A DNA stretch of 61,950 nucleotides, filler included, from Basidioascus undulatus (taxonomy: Eukaryota): NCBI GenBank assembly GCA_000826855.1. It is 5 parts of 5 records of this genome, joined end to end, with 100 filler letters (N's around TTAATTAATTAA, not from the genome) between each part and the next. Parts side by side here need not be neighbours in the genome. Positions count along the whole stretch, not along the records: positions 12,425 to 24,714 come from JTLS01000920.1; 4 more parts are not named here. The stretch is one strand, 5' to 3'. Each line of letters starts with the position of its first letter. The first letter of the stretch is position 1. This document shows, one piece after another, positions 12,425-24,814 of the stretch. Below the pieces are notes generated by a model. That model had not been told where the DNA came from and did not search any database. It saw only the letters and a list, made by a program, of their open reading frames with translations. The translations under genes and the position numbers were made by a program.

Positions 12425-12425
12425 A

Positions 12426-13255
12426 TTAGATCCCCTCGTCCTCGGTGAAGCGCAGCCAGAAGTTGATGATGACGGCGGCTGGCAGTACGGAGGAGCGAGG
12501 ATACAGAAAAGGAGGGGAAGGGGAAGAGGGGGGAGTCAGCTTGAGGGCTAGACCTGATGGGGAGGCTGAGGCGCACCGAGGAGGAAGATGCAGAGCACGG
12601 TCTGGAGGGGGTGGGTGAGCGGAAGCGCAGGAGGGGAGGAGGGAGGAAGGAGGAAGAAGAACGCACCGGTCCCAGCCGGTCGTCGTACGGCCCGCTCCCG
12701 CGCTTGCGAATGGCGTTCGCGCGCCAGTAGTACGTGACGAGCGCGTAGATCATGATCATCATGGCTGGATCCCCCCGTAATCCCGTTCCGTTCCGTTCGT
12801 GTACAGCCCATGTCAGCTCTGAGGGTGTGTGGCAGGTAGAGGACGAGGGGGGGAGTGGGAGAGAGGGAGAGGAGAAAGAGGGGACGCACCGACCAAGCTG
12901 AACATCCCCGCCGAGATCTTGCCCACCTTGTCACCGAAGTTGAGCAGCCCGACGGCGAGACCGCCGAGGATGACGGTGAAGTGCAGCCAGGCGAGGAACC
13001 TGGGTTGCGCATCCATCAGGCGGGGTCAGTCACGTCCTCCCTCCTCTCAGGTCAGGTCCCCCGGCGCCTGCAAGTAGATGTGACTACGTACGTCCGCTCA
13101 TTGGCGAAGAAGACCTGGCGCGGAGAAAGAGGTGAGCGGGAGAAGGGAAGGGAGGAGGGTGTGGATCCGGTCGAGCAACGCACTTTGGGCTCGACGCGGA
13201 CGGGGAGGGCGATGCGCTTGTTGGCGGTACGCTGGAGGAGGGGCTGCGTCGACAT
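12426..13255 (-). CDS. VTC1: Vacuolar transporter chaperone subunit 1 (polyphosphate synthesis complex)
   Basis: [55 protein letters not shown]...[22 protein letters not shown]; three TM segments; GT-AG introns. Confidence 0.97.
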
Positions 13256-14294
13256 GGAGGGCGGGGTATTACGATCGAGTAGAGGATGAATATGGGGATG
13301 AAACTGCGTAGGTTGAGCAAAGGACACCGGATATCTCGGTGAGCTCAAGAAGAGAAGGCGAGAGAAGATGCGAGGCCAGTCCGCACCCTGGCTCGCGCTG
13401 CTTACTCTCTGCTGCTGTGGTCGCGGGAGCGATATTCAGGAACAAGGACGGTCCAGCGGGGGAGTAGCTTTGGATAGGATGAGCGCGTTCGTCCAAACGC
13501 TCCTGATGCTCTCGATATTTGGGGACGATGGGATGCCAGGCGGAAGCAGACGAATCGCTGCTGGAGAACGTGCACGTGCGCGGGGTCTTCCAGGCTTGAC
13601 GGGTGACGCAGTGGCGCAGTGGCGTTTGGCAGTTTTCTAAGAACCTGCTTGTTTACAGGCTATTAAGATGACTGTCGATGTTGCTTTTGTCGATATGCAA
13701 GGGATGTATGCGAGATGGCCCGGACCGTCGGTAGTCCTGAGAGCGACCCTGACATGCCGTGGAGATGAAACGGCTGCCGGCTGAGCTCTCAAACTTTCAT
13801 GCTGTGAACGGGGCATTTGTGGTATACGACTGGCACTGGTTCGAACATGTAAACTGTTCTTCTCCCTCCCTTGGCAGCTTCAGCGGCAGCTCAGAGCGGG
13901 CAGGATAACTGCATGAAATGCGCGGTATGTACTGACGACGGATCGCAGTCAGCCAGCGCGAGCGCACAGTCTCCAGCCTGTAAAACGCATGGCCAATGGC
14001 CTTGGGAAACGTATCCCGGTATTTTAGATGTAGTTTTGTCCGCATGATTCTCGGGAAGATTGGTCGCGGCAGGGATTAAGCTACGGATCAAAAGGCAGGA
14101 AGTCTGGAGTGTTCTGCAGGTCTCGGTAACGACCATGATGCGGAACAGGTCAGAGAAGGACAACCTCACCTGTGTACTGAATTCTCTTCTTCCTTTGAGG
14201 CGGATGGAGAGAGGTGAGGTGTATTACAGACGGCGGTGCCTCCTCCAACTACCGCATTGTCGCTCACCTCTTCTGCAACCACCACCTATCAAAC

Positions 14295-14780
14295 ATGCGC
14301 TCAATGGTATCATTCATCATCACCCTTATCTTGAGCATGGCCCTTTTGTACACACCCCTGGGCGCCCCGATGCCTCAGGCGGGGGTCGGTGAGTGCCTGC
14401 TTTCATCCTCCCTGCCCCCCTTTAAACGTGTATTCTAAGCAAGCAAGAGGGATGGGGTTTCTAGCTGCTACAGGAGACCCGAGCGAGGCACCGCCATGGG
14501 AGGCTTTCAGATAACTGTGGGAGGATCCGGACTACCTGGGGTGATTAGGGGTGCAATTGTCGGTGGGTCCGGACTGGCTGGAGGGCCGGTCGGTGGTATC
14601 GGGGGCCTCCCGAGCTGTGGACCGTTCACACAAGGGCTCGCCCCACCGTCTACAGGGGGCGTATGCACATGCGGTCCGGGTCCGGGAGTGCGTTTTGCGG
14701 ACCTGGGGAAGGTTGCTCGTTTGATGGGCAACATCCGTTGCGTGATACCTTCAACAATCCATGTGGTCCCCCTGATATTC
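14295..14780 (+). pseudogene. Possible decayed small secreted Gly/Cys-rich protein gene
   Basis: Signal-peptide-like exon (MRSMVSFIITLILSMALLYTPLG) ending at a GTGAGT donor; downstream Gly/Cys-rich segments lie in different frames; the obvious splice gives an early TAA. Confidence 0.3.
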
Positions 14781-15885
14781 GTCTATGTTTCGATGCTGCC
14801 TGTGGCTGTTGACAGTTCCTCTGCTCGCTACGCGCGCGGGCGTCCCGCGTGCCGGTTGGGACAAACGGGCCGGAGCCCGGCTCTTCTGACTGGGCTGTGG
14901 CATTTAAAAGCATGCAAGGACATACACACACGTAATGGATGGACGGTATCAGTGGTCCTGTTGGACCGGAACTGGACTGATTTATTGATCAGCTTACTGG
15001 GAATGCCGTTAGATTAGGTGACACAACCGGTGCTGTCAGGTTTGAGGATTCCCAGACTCTTCCCAGGTCCCTTTGCAGTTGCAACGTCACTCGCAAGGGA
15101 AGGGAGCACCGGAAGGCACGGTGATGAGAGACAATGAGGGATATAAGGTACGTATGACGGTACGGAATCAAGAGTCACAGGAACAAGTACGTGGCTTGGT
15201 CATAAAGCACAGATTTAGCACGCACCCGCAAGACTGCAAAGTCTTTGGTAGCTTGACAAGCAGCGCATACTCCCATCCTGACGTTATCGACAAAAATGAC
15301 ATTATCAACTATCTCTTCATCGGGTGTATATCTCTCATAAGCATTTGGGAAATCCCGGCACTGCGATGTTCCCAAGTCAAGTCCTGGAGTCGCTGGCACT
15401 GCATCCCGCCCCTGGCGAGTGCGATCGATCTTTTATACATTGTCTTCCATATATGCTGTCCACTTTCCACACTTTGACAAAGAGTAGATTATACTGGGTA
15501 TCTCACATTTCCCGAAGACCGCAATTTATTAACCAATGTATTTGACGGCACCCACACGAGACGCTTCTCCTTTGTGACATTGATTTGTGAGGGGCATGTC
15601 TACATTTTCCTTTCCTTGAACAAAACTGTAGGATTTTAGTGTCATTTCCATTGGTGTTGTGTGCATTCACAGGTTGTGTGCGCTGAAGGCAGGCGGCACG
15701 GCAGGCGCAAGGCATGAGGCGGTTTCGCGAATCCAAGGCCCTTTCGGCGCTGCAAGTTCCTTTCGGCCCCGCGCCTTGGACGGAGCCGTCGCATTGGCGG
15801 GCCGCCCTCCTTGCACACATCACTTGCCCAACATTCACCTTTCTCTTTAGTACTGACCCAGTGCAAATTTCGATCAGATATCACG

Positions 15886-17038
15886 ATGAACATCCGCCCT
15901 GCGCACCCGTCGGACCTGACCGGCATGCAGCATGCCAACCTCATGAACCTCGTCCGCGCTCTCCTTCCCCTCAAGCGTCTTCTCGCTTCGCTCACTCGGC
16001 ATCTATTGACCCCGCTTTGCAGCCCGAAAACTACCAGTTGAAGTACTGTCCGTATCGATCCGTCGGATACAAGCGCTGTCGGACAAAGGGCACGAGCTGA
16101 GATGGAGATGGCGCGGCGTTGGGACCGGAACACCAGACCTCTACCACGCTCTCACCTGGCCTCAACTGTCCTATGTCGCCGAGGACCACAAGGGTCGGAT
16201 AGTGGGATATATTCTGGGCAAGATGTGCGTCCTTTTCTTCCATCTCCTCTTTCCCGCCCTGGCTGAGAGGACCCGGACGCGGATAGGGACGACGACAACC
16301 CTCCCCCTTCGGGCGAGCCCGAGCCGCTTCCGCACGGCCATGTTACCTCCATCTCTGTCCTGCGCTCCTACCGCCGTCTAGGCCTTGCGCAGAAACTAAT
16401 GGTCCAGTCACGTTCGTCATTCCACCCTCTCTCCACGCCCACACCCCTCCCTGCCTTCGCCTTCCCATCCGTCCATCCTCCCCCTTCCCATCTTGTCCAA
16501 CCCCTTCACTCTGTCTCTTATTCTTCCGCTGATACCAAACTTCGGGCTGGGTGGGGCCTTTTGTACAGAGGAGGCTATGCGCAAGACTCATGGCGCTGCG
16601 TACGTGAGCCTGCACGTGCGCAAAACGAACAGGGCTGCGATCGGGCTCTACCGGGATACCCTTGGGTTTGAGGTTTGGGAGGTCGAGCGGGGATACTGTA
16701 CGTGCTCTTTTCTTCCTGGATGAAGAGGTGGGGTTGGCTGCGCTGGCTTCGATGCGAAGCCCGCTGGCGCCTCTTGCCTCGTTCGCTTCGCTTCTCAACA
16801 TCGCGTCGCATCTTCCCTTCCCAATCTCTGCGCCCCACTCCACCCGTTCTCCTGCCGCCGATGACGCATCTTTTTCCTGTCTCTTTCATCCCCAGATGCC
16901 GACGGCGAAGACGCCCTCGGGATGCGATTGTGGCTTGACGAGAACGCGCGCGCGGCCGAAGCGGCTGAGCGGGATCGCAAAGCAGCGGCGCGCGGGGAGG
17001 TGGTTCCGAGGGACAAGGGCAAGGGCAAGGCGGCCTGA
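15886..17038 (+). CDS. ARD1: NatA N-terminal acetyltransferase catalytic subunit (NAA10)
   Basis: [92 protein letters not shown]. Confidence 0.97.
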
Positions 17039-17546
17039 TTGTGCGCAACGGCTGGAGAGAGGTGACACTTGAATAGAACCACTGTGCTACAACCGGGCAT
17101 CGTGGAACCGCGCGCTAAGAGAATGATCGGCAGACAGTGCCTGGAAAAGCTTAGTGTAAGCGAAAAGGTCTACAACGCGACGTAGTGACTTCAGAGCGCT
17201 TGCAGACGACCTAGCTGACGAGGTCGCAGCATGCCCATTTGGGCAGCGGGCTTGAGCAGCCAGATCCAGACCCTGCGCAGCCAAGGTCCTCAACGCTGCT
17301 CTTACTTCGTCTCATTTCTGCGCTCCTTACCGATTTCTGCATCAATTCAATCTGTTTCCCGCTCGATGGCTGTCATGCTCCGCGCAGTTTTGCTTCACTG
17401 ACAACACCGTGGCTTGGAGATCTTGGACATATCGGCTGACAGCACAATGAAAGGGATTGCATTTTGATCGGACACTGCTGCTAGGAAGGACAAGACCAGA
17501 ACCCCAGGCCCATTCACAAATCGTGTTGCCGAAACTTGCACTTCGC

Positions 17547-17700
17547 GGTGAGCCAAAGTGAACACGGCTCACCTCGTGCTCGGATCCCACGAGCTTTCAC
17601 TGAACCGAAGGGAACGCGGCTCATCTCGTCCTCAATTCGCACGAGCTATGTCTGAGCCGAAGTGAACATGGCGCATCTCTTCCTCAGATGAGCGCGCTGG
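17547..17700. repeat. Degenerate 52-bp tandem repeat (three units) built from alternating inverted repeats
   Basis: Units begin at 17549, 17601 and 17653 (TGAGCCAAAGTGAACACGGCTCA / TGAACCGAAGGGAACGCGGCTCA / TGAGCCGAAGTGAACATGGCGCA). Confidence 0.8.
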
Positions 17701-17914
17701 CTGAAAGTTGCAGCGAGCACGGACAACCTCGCTTTCAACTCGTACCTCACGGGTTTTGGCTGAATCAAACTGGACGATGATCCCTTCGCAGAGGAAGCCA
17801 AAATCTCCAGACACAGCTCGACCGCTTACTGTCAGTGAGGAATATTTTCGCTCAGCCAAAGCTGCATACGAGGCACCCAAAAAGACGAGATGCTGTTTCG
17901 TAGGACATGTGCAT

Positions 17915-19520
17915 TCAGCCAAACTCGTAAATGTCCCCGCCCCCTACCCGAGCGGTGCAGCACTCCCCAGATACTGCAGGAAGTCCGTCCAGTTGCCCTG
18001 CAAAGAAGACGGACAAGCTGTCAGACGACCCAGGCGACCCCTGAAATAGTAGATGAACGTACATTTTGCGCTGGGTTTGTTGCGTGCGCCCATATCGGAT
18101 CGAGGTCAAACATTCCCAAGTCCATCGACTGCGTGGTCGGCGGCGCACCCGGCGCACCAGATTGGGCAAACGGCCGAGGCGCGGCTGCGCCGGGGTCTCC
18201 GCTGCTCGGGGGACGGGAGCGCTGGACGAAGCGTGTCGCAGCGCCGATCAGGCCCGCGAGGTCCTCTTCAGCGAGTAACCCCTCATCGACCGTGGTCGCC
18301 AAGTACACCGGCGCCTCCGACGAGGAAAGCTTTCCGGCGGCGCGGAGGCACAGCTCCGCTTTCGCGCAGAGACCGCGCAGCATGTTGCGGCCTTGCGCGG
18401 CGCGCTCGCCGTGTGCGAGACAGAAGAGCTCGTACGCTGCTTGTAGGTCGTCCCAGGCCGCGAGAGCGAGGGTGCAGTGTGGGGACCGGATGATGAGGAC
18501 GGCTTGGCAGGCGGCGGCGGAGAAAGAGTGGGAAAGGAAGTAATAAACCCTGTACCTCGAAGGGTTTGATAAGTTTCACAACCTGTTAAAACTCGGATGC
18601 GTACCTGCTAACGACGGCTGAGAGCGGCGAGAAATCCGTCAGCTCCGCTACTTGCTCGCTAACACCGTAAAACGCACCCGCATTCTTGGTGAACATTCCA
18701 CGCGCAGCGTTAATGATCGCTCGGCTCGCCTCTGTGGCTGCAACCACACTCTGGGCGTAGCGAGACGCCAGCGGGTCCTGGGCGTTGTCGGAAATAGCGC
18801 GGGCGAAGGGAGCGCGGTGAAGATGAAGGAAGGTTTCGAAGCTGGGGAGAACCAATCAGCCTAGGTTCAAGCGCTCAGGTGAGCTCGCTGCAACGTACAC
18901 CATGTTTGCGAAAGAGTGAATCCTCAATTCGACCAGATATTGCCAGCCGACGGGCTCCTCAGCGGGCGTCGGCGGACGCAAGGGTGCATTGACCGGCCTG
19001 CTCACGGCGGGGCAGAGCATCCAGGCTGGAAGTATTCGATACCACTTCCACAGGTCTGCGTCTAGCTGCAGGACAGTCGAATAAGACGGAGGATATGCGC
19101 CAAACGCCTGGTCGAGGACGTCGGCGAGAACCGGCGAGAACGTGAACTTCAGTCTGTGGAAGTCGACAAACGAGAAATCGGAAGGGATGATCGAAACGCC
19201 TGGCGGAGGCTGCTCAGCCGTTGTGGGGAACTTGCAGTCGTCTGCGGTGAGATTGCGTCAGCAGCGCAGTCAAATCATGCAGGCACGCGACGGACGATGT
19301 AGGCGTCGTACTTTCCGGGTGACCTCGACCTCGAGGGGAGGAATGTCCGTCCGATGGACGCGGAATGCCTCATCGGGTAGAGTTTAAGAGTGATCCAACT
19401 GGTACATGAGTACGCAACGGAGGAACACAGGAAGCAACGGCTGATGTCACGCACAAGACTAAACGGACTGTCGCCGTCGTTTGTGGCCACCGCCGATGCG
19501 TCGCGCGACCCGGTCAGACC
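17915..19520 (-). pseudogene. Fungal-specific transcription factor (Zn2Cys6-family middle homology region), 5' part damaged or missing
   Basis: Intact-looking 3' exons DCKFP..FHRLKFTFSPVLADVLDQAFG..SYSTVLQLD..FLHLHRAPFARAI..DPLASRYAQSV..FHSFSAAA; upstream PLEVEVTR and YDAY fall in different frames, no GRP-bearing exon and no Cys6 cluster found. Confidence 0.6.
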
Positions 19521-22431
19521 AGTTTGAAGATCTCAGACGCCCAAAATCTGGGAAGTATAGCGAGCATGTCGGCATGAAGGGGCAGGTCTGGAGCGCAACC
19601 GTTCGGATTGGACTGACAGTGGACCGGCGCGCTGAAAAGCGTACGTCCTGGACACAACGAGCAGTGTAAACGACATTGTAGGCAAGCAACCGAAGGGAAA
19701 TGGATGAGCGTCTATGAAGAAAGCAGGGAAGGCAGGAAAGAGCCAGACCGGGACGCCGCGACAACGACGGCGTAAGAGAGACGGGCCCGAAGCTCGCTGA
19801 GGAAGAAGAACGTTGAGGAGCCCCGGTCTTTCTCTTGAAGCGGCCGCACAGGAGGTGAGTCAGTTGAGGACTCGATGTATGAGGACTCGATGTACTCTCG
19901 CGGCCGCCTCCTCTGCAGAAGAGTAGTGAGGTGCTTTAATGTACTTTCGTCTCTTGGACTGCAGACAACATCCATGTTGCATTAGCTTGGTAAACCTAAG
20001 AAGTGGCAGCAGACCCCAACAAGCACTTCAAGGAGGGACAATAGAGGTTGTGATACCTGGACTTGTGAAAAATGAATAATGTACTCGAAATTTTGCTTAA
20101 AGTCGTGTATTTTGCTTGAATGCGATAGTGACATCCGCTTGGCGAAACTGGCTTGAGCAGGCTTGAGCGGCGGGGCAAGGCGAGGAGTCTTCTTGCGACT
20201 TCCACATGCTGTTTGTTGCATCTCAAAACCACGAAAAAATACCCAGTTTACCCATCTTCTCTGGGCTTTAGGTGCATGAATACTCTTGTGTACGAAAGGT
20301 TGTAGCGGCTGGTACAGAGTAGGAGTAGTGCGGATCACGGTCGTGTGGTGTGCGACGGGCTGCATGGAATGGACCCAAACTCTCCGGAAGGTCTAGATAG
20401 GCACCTGCCGAGGTGGATGGGATATTGAGTGTACTTGAATTCAATCTGGGCGGTCTAGGGCTTAATACGGAAGCCCTGGCCAGTGGCAGTGGAAACTTTA
20501 AAGCTAGGGGACAGGCGAGGTGAAAATTGGTGGTGCGGTCTGTCACACGCGGCATCGCAAACTTATTGGGCTGCATCGCTGTTAAATGTCAGATGTCGGC
20601 TCGGCACTCGAGCTTTCATTGCATCATTTTTATTCTTTGTTGATTGGGAAGGGATTGATGAAAGAATGGGCGATGCAAAGCGAAGCGTGCGTGCTGCTTA
20701 GAAGTTTTGCAACTCGAAACTGCGTCAGAGCATCAACGACAAGTGCATTAGCCCACTACATCCCTGTACGCCGGCGGTGGCTTCCCATAGTACGCTCCCT
20801 GTCTTCCACCGAGCGATAACCCTCCATCCCGCTCCCGGCTCTCATCAGAAATGTCGGTGGGGAAGTGCCGACGCGACGGAGGTCGACGTCGGCTGCCCCG
20901 ACGCCTAATGGATGGCGTGAGATGATATGGTAGAAGCACCGTTGGGTCCTCCTCGATCCACAGTGGCGCTGATCGGGTAGATTGGCGGTAACAGGTTGTT
21001 GGCAGTTGCCTGCATGGTCGATTCGGATCAGTCGCATACGTATACCATACCGCGTAGAGCAACTGCACTTACGACAGAGGACTGAAAGGTTGTACGCCAC
21101 GGGATTGGACAGGCACTCCACGTCGACAGCATTGTACGATTTCCCCATTGGGGTCGGAACTGCACATAAATCCCGCCGACCACCATCAGCGGCCATGGTG
21201 TTTTTGTCCATCCACCTTGATGTAGAGAGTTCACCCAGCCAGTCCTTTTCGAAGTCACGCCCAAACCTCCCCTACACTTCCCACCCCGCCACTCGTGCTT
21301 CAGCCGAGTCATCTAGCATCAATGGTTGGAACGGGACTCACTGTAGGAAACACAAATTTTCCCCACCATTCGTAGCACGTCGCATGGCGTCTCGCCCTGC
21401 CACGAGTCCCACCAGATGTTTCTTTGCAGGTTGCATCTGCAGAAACTCTTTGTGCGACCAGGAGAAGAAAGAGGCCGTTGACAAGCGCGATGGAAGTCGG
21501 CGGAGGGCCATGGGAGTAGGGGATGGCGACGAGGCAAAGGTTGGTAAAGGTGCGCAAGGACACGAAAAGGAGGTCCCCCCAAAACCACCGCTGCACCTGT
21601 TTCTTGGAAAGGCGCCGTCGGTCGTTTCAGGGCTTGATCTGATGTACACGAAAAGGGGTGGCCTTAACGGTTGACGCGGTCCACTGCAAACCCCTGTACA
21701 GTCCATTTACAACTTCATATGAGGGTTGGCTCACCAACAAAAATGTCCAATAGGATAGTTGAGAAGGAGTTGGAGCAAGAACGTTCAGTAGAAGTGGCAT
21801 AACGGGCTTCACGCCGAAGGGGTCTGCTTGATGTGCCCATCCGACACGCAAGTTTGTTACTGTAATCTGATACCAGTTGTTCCTTAGAGACAAATGTGTA
21901 GTAGGTGTGATTCACTACTTTAAACGTGGGCGGCCAGCGAATTCCTTCAGAGAAGAGCGCGAGCTGCAGCGCAATGTGATGGGAAACTGAAACTGTCACC
22001 ATCAAAACGTTTGATCGGCCGCATAGGATAGTAATTACTCTTAAAAGACAGTTTTAAGCCACCATCTCATGAAACCGAGTGCTATGCACTAGACAGAACC
22101 TGATTCTATAGTGGTACCGTTGTTCGGGGCCGCTCCTGCATACGATCCTTGCAGCACAAGTGAGAAAAATCGGTTGCCTAGTTCCCCTTATTCCCAGTAA
22201 AATTTCAAGGCCGTCCGCCCACTTTCCGGCAGGGATACTCGTGAGAAATAGCGGTTCGATGTGTCCCACTCTTTGAGCCTAGGGACTCTAATCAGGTTCG
22301 TGAGTCACCCATCCTCAGACTGCGATAAATCATTGCCCTCCCAGAGCGCCAACAGTTCTTGGGCTTGTCAATCGACTTGTTCAGAGACACGATACTGTTC
22401 CTTTAAGGAATTAAGTGCTCAGTGACCATTC

Positions 22432-22510
22432 GGCCTGATGGTCTAGTAGTATGATTTTCCCTTAGGGTTCCGATTGGGAGAGGTCCCGGGTTCAATTCCC
22501 GGTCAGGCCC
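22432..22510 (+). tRNA. tRNA-Pro (anticodon AGG) with a 7-nt intron at 22468-22474
   Basis: Acceptor stem GGCCTGA/TCAGGCC, anticodon stem TTCCC/GGGAG, AGG at 22464-22466, T arm CCGGG-TTCAATT-CCCGG; 79 nt = 72 + 7. Confidence 0.92.
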
Positions 22511-22514
22511 ATTC

Positions 22515-22528
22515 TTTTGCTTTTTTTT
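22515..22528 (+). terminator. RNA polymerase III oligo-T terminator
   Basis: T4 then T8 directly after the tRNA 3' end. Confidence 0.75.
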
Positions 22529-23451
22529 CTCTCTAGTGCTTGCAGGGCAATTGACGAAGAAGAAAAGCAGCAATGGCAAGTGAGGGCGCAGAGGCACACA
22601 GCGGGGCAGGTTTTGCGCTGGCTTCCGCTTCTCCACCTTGCGCTTGCCCAGCTCTCTCAACTTTTGCTTCAGAGTGCTGACTCTTGTTCTACCTAATTCT
22701 TCAGCCTCTCATCACTCATCACACACTTATCAGTGCACTCAAGCGAATTCGAATCCGCGTCTTTCGCGGCCGGATAACCATGTCGCTCGTTGTCCTAACC
22801 TCGATCTGAAGAGTTCCCTCATACGGATTCGGTACGACAACCTCATCCTTGCTCAGCCCCAACTTCTCATTGATCGGCCGTCCACGCCGGACAATCTTCT
22901 GGAAGGCGCCGTTGCCAAGATGAAGTTTGATCATTCGAAACATAGACTAGGTTTGCAGGGTATCGGTGTGGACCAGCTCTGGAGGGTCGCTGTCAGAGAT
23001 CGGGTGGAGAAGGGCAGCGAGGCGGAGAGGCGGTAGATAGCGGGATTGAAGATATTTGAGCGGAAGAGGCTGGTGAACATGCTGGGATAGACGGTATTGG
23101 GACTGGCATAGACTGGCATGTCGCGAGGCAGACACAGAGGCGTCACCGGCAAGGACGAATGCTAAGCGGGAGCGTTGCCGGTCGTCGCCACCTCTCCATA
23201 CGCTTGAAGATGCGGACTCTGATGTACATATTGTCTGTCTTGCACCGAGATTACCCCAAATTCCGCTTACCACTGCCCGCTTTTCAGTACGAACCGGACG
23301 CGCCGCCACACAAAACCAGGCGCTCATCTTCTGATGCAGCTCTGCGGCGAACCTCTTTTCGGATCGCAGCTAAACGCAAGGCTGCGCAGTCTGAGCCGAG
23401 CGATTCACAGTCGGAGAACCATGAAATGGTGCAGTCCTCTGGATTCTACCA

Positions 23452-24036
23452 ATGTCAAAGTCGAGAGCTCATTGTCCTTGGCTCGCGCCTTTCTTCCGCA
23501 GCCCTAGTCTTCGTCACGGTTGCACTGCTCTGGGCTTGCCCGTTGTACCTCTTACACCAACTTCTACGGGCGCCTCATCCTTGTCTTCAGCACAGGTACC
23601 CCAGCGTGCACGTTCGCCGGCTGCTGTCCTCCAACCTGCGTCTGAAGTCGCACCCATTGCACTCCTCGCACCCACCCCCATTGCACCCCCCGCACCCGCA
23701 CCCGCACCCGCATCCGCACTCGCGTCCGCACCCGAACCTACTGCTCCAGCTATACTGGCACCTGCACCCGCAGCTCCAGCCTTACCCGCACCCGCGCCTG
23801 CGCCAGCTGCCCTGAACCTCTCGCTCAACACTTTCCTCTCGTCGCCCTCCTTTCCCCCGGCCGTGCTGGGTGCCAACGTTCGAAGCGCTGATGGACGATC
23901 CGGCGGGTCTCCGTGCGGTGGCCTGCATTGCGCGTGCACGAACAGACGTGATGGAGGAGCTGAGGAAGGAGGGGTTCACGCCCGTTCAGCTGTTAAGCTT
24001 AAAGCACGGCTTGGTCGACTTGAAGAGGTTGATTAG
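23452..24036 (+). other. Pro/Ala-rich low-complexity open frame (GCACCC/CGCACC repeats), probably a gene relic
   Basis: APAPAP-type hexamer repeats at about 23690-23810; upstream frames are broken by stops; no domain recognised. Confidence 0.3.
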
Positions 24037-24714
24037 GGATGAGGCATAGGGTGGTCGGGCGTGTGCATGTTGGCGTGATCGATCTTGCGTATTACTGCTT
24101 GTGCTGTTGGACTGTAAACTCTAGAAATGTAGCATGTGGCTCCTTTTGATTGCTCATGTGTTCAGCACTTTTTTCGTTTTCGTTTGGTTGATCTATGTTT
24201 CACTGGGTTCAACATCACTCCCCTCCATTGTGATACAGCACTCGATAGTATTGCAGGCTTTGCATTTAACGGTGCCAAGGCAACGAAGCTTGGATAGCGC
24301 ATGCAATCGTTATCTGGAACCCACGGTGCACCCCCTCCGCGACTGTGAGTTTGTGGGAACGTTGCAGGGCCATAAGAGAGGCAAGTTGAGGTTTTGAGGT
24401 GCTACAGAGTCTCAAGCCGGCAACCAAAGGAGCTGCGGAAGCGGGTTAAAAGTGGGATCGTGGAGACGGACTGCGCCTCAACGCTTCAACCTTCCGACGG
24501 CATCGTCAGCCTGGACGTCAGCCCAAAGCTATCAAAATTAACCTTAATAAATGATCCGGTATTTGCATCATTATTATTCAGGAGTATAGCCCCTGTAAAG
24601 GCAGCGGTAGTTCGTAGTTTGTCCGCAGGGGCAGGCAGCCGTCTCCCTCTTGAAATCGCCATCGCTGCGTACCAGCGCGTAGTCCTTCCTTCCGTTCCTT
24701 TGGCAGCTTTCTTG

Positions 24715-24814
24715 NNNNNNNNNNNNNNNNNNNNNNNNNNNNNNNNNNNNNNNNNNNNTTAATTAATTAANNNNNNNNNNNNNNNNNNNNNNNNNNNNNN
24801 NNNNNNNNNNNNNN
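24715..24814. other. Artificial contig linker
   Basis: 44 N + TTAATTAATTAA + 44 N. Confidence 0.99.

Noticed and set aside
17547..17700. 52-bp repeat as a CRISPR array or as a run of 3-nt microexons
   Set aside because: Eukaryotic context, no cas genes and the whole unit is repeated rather than repeat plus unique spacer; no host reading frame needs the CTC microexons.
23034..23111. Three in-frame TAG codons as stop-codon reassignment or readthrough
   Set aside because: TAG terminates YPK1, RAD51 and FAD2 normally; the frame has no recognisable homology, so decay or non-coding DNA is simpler.
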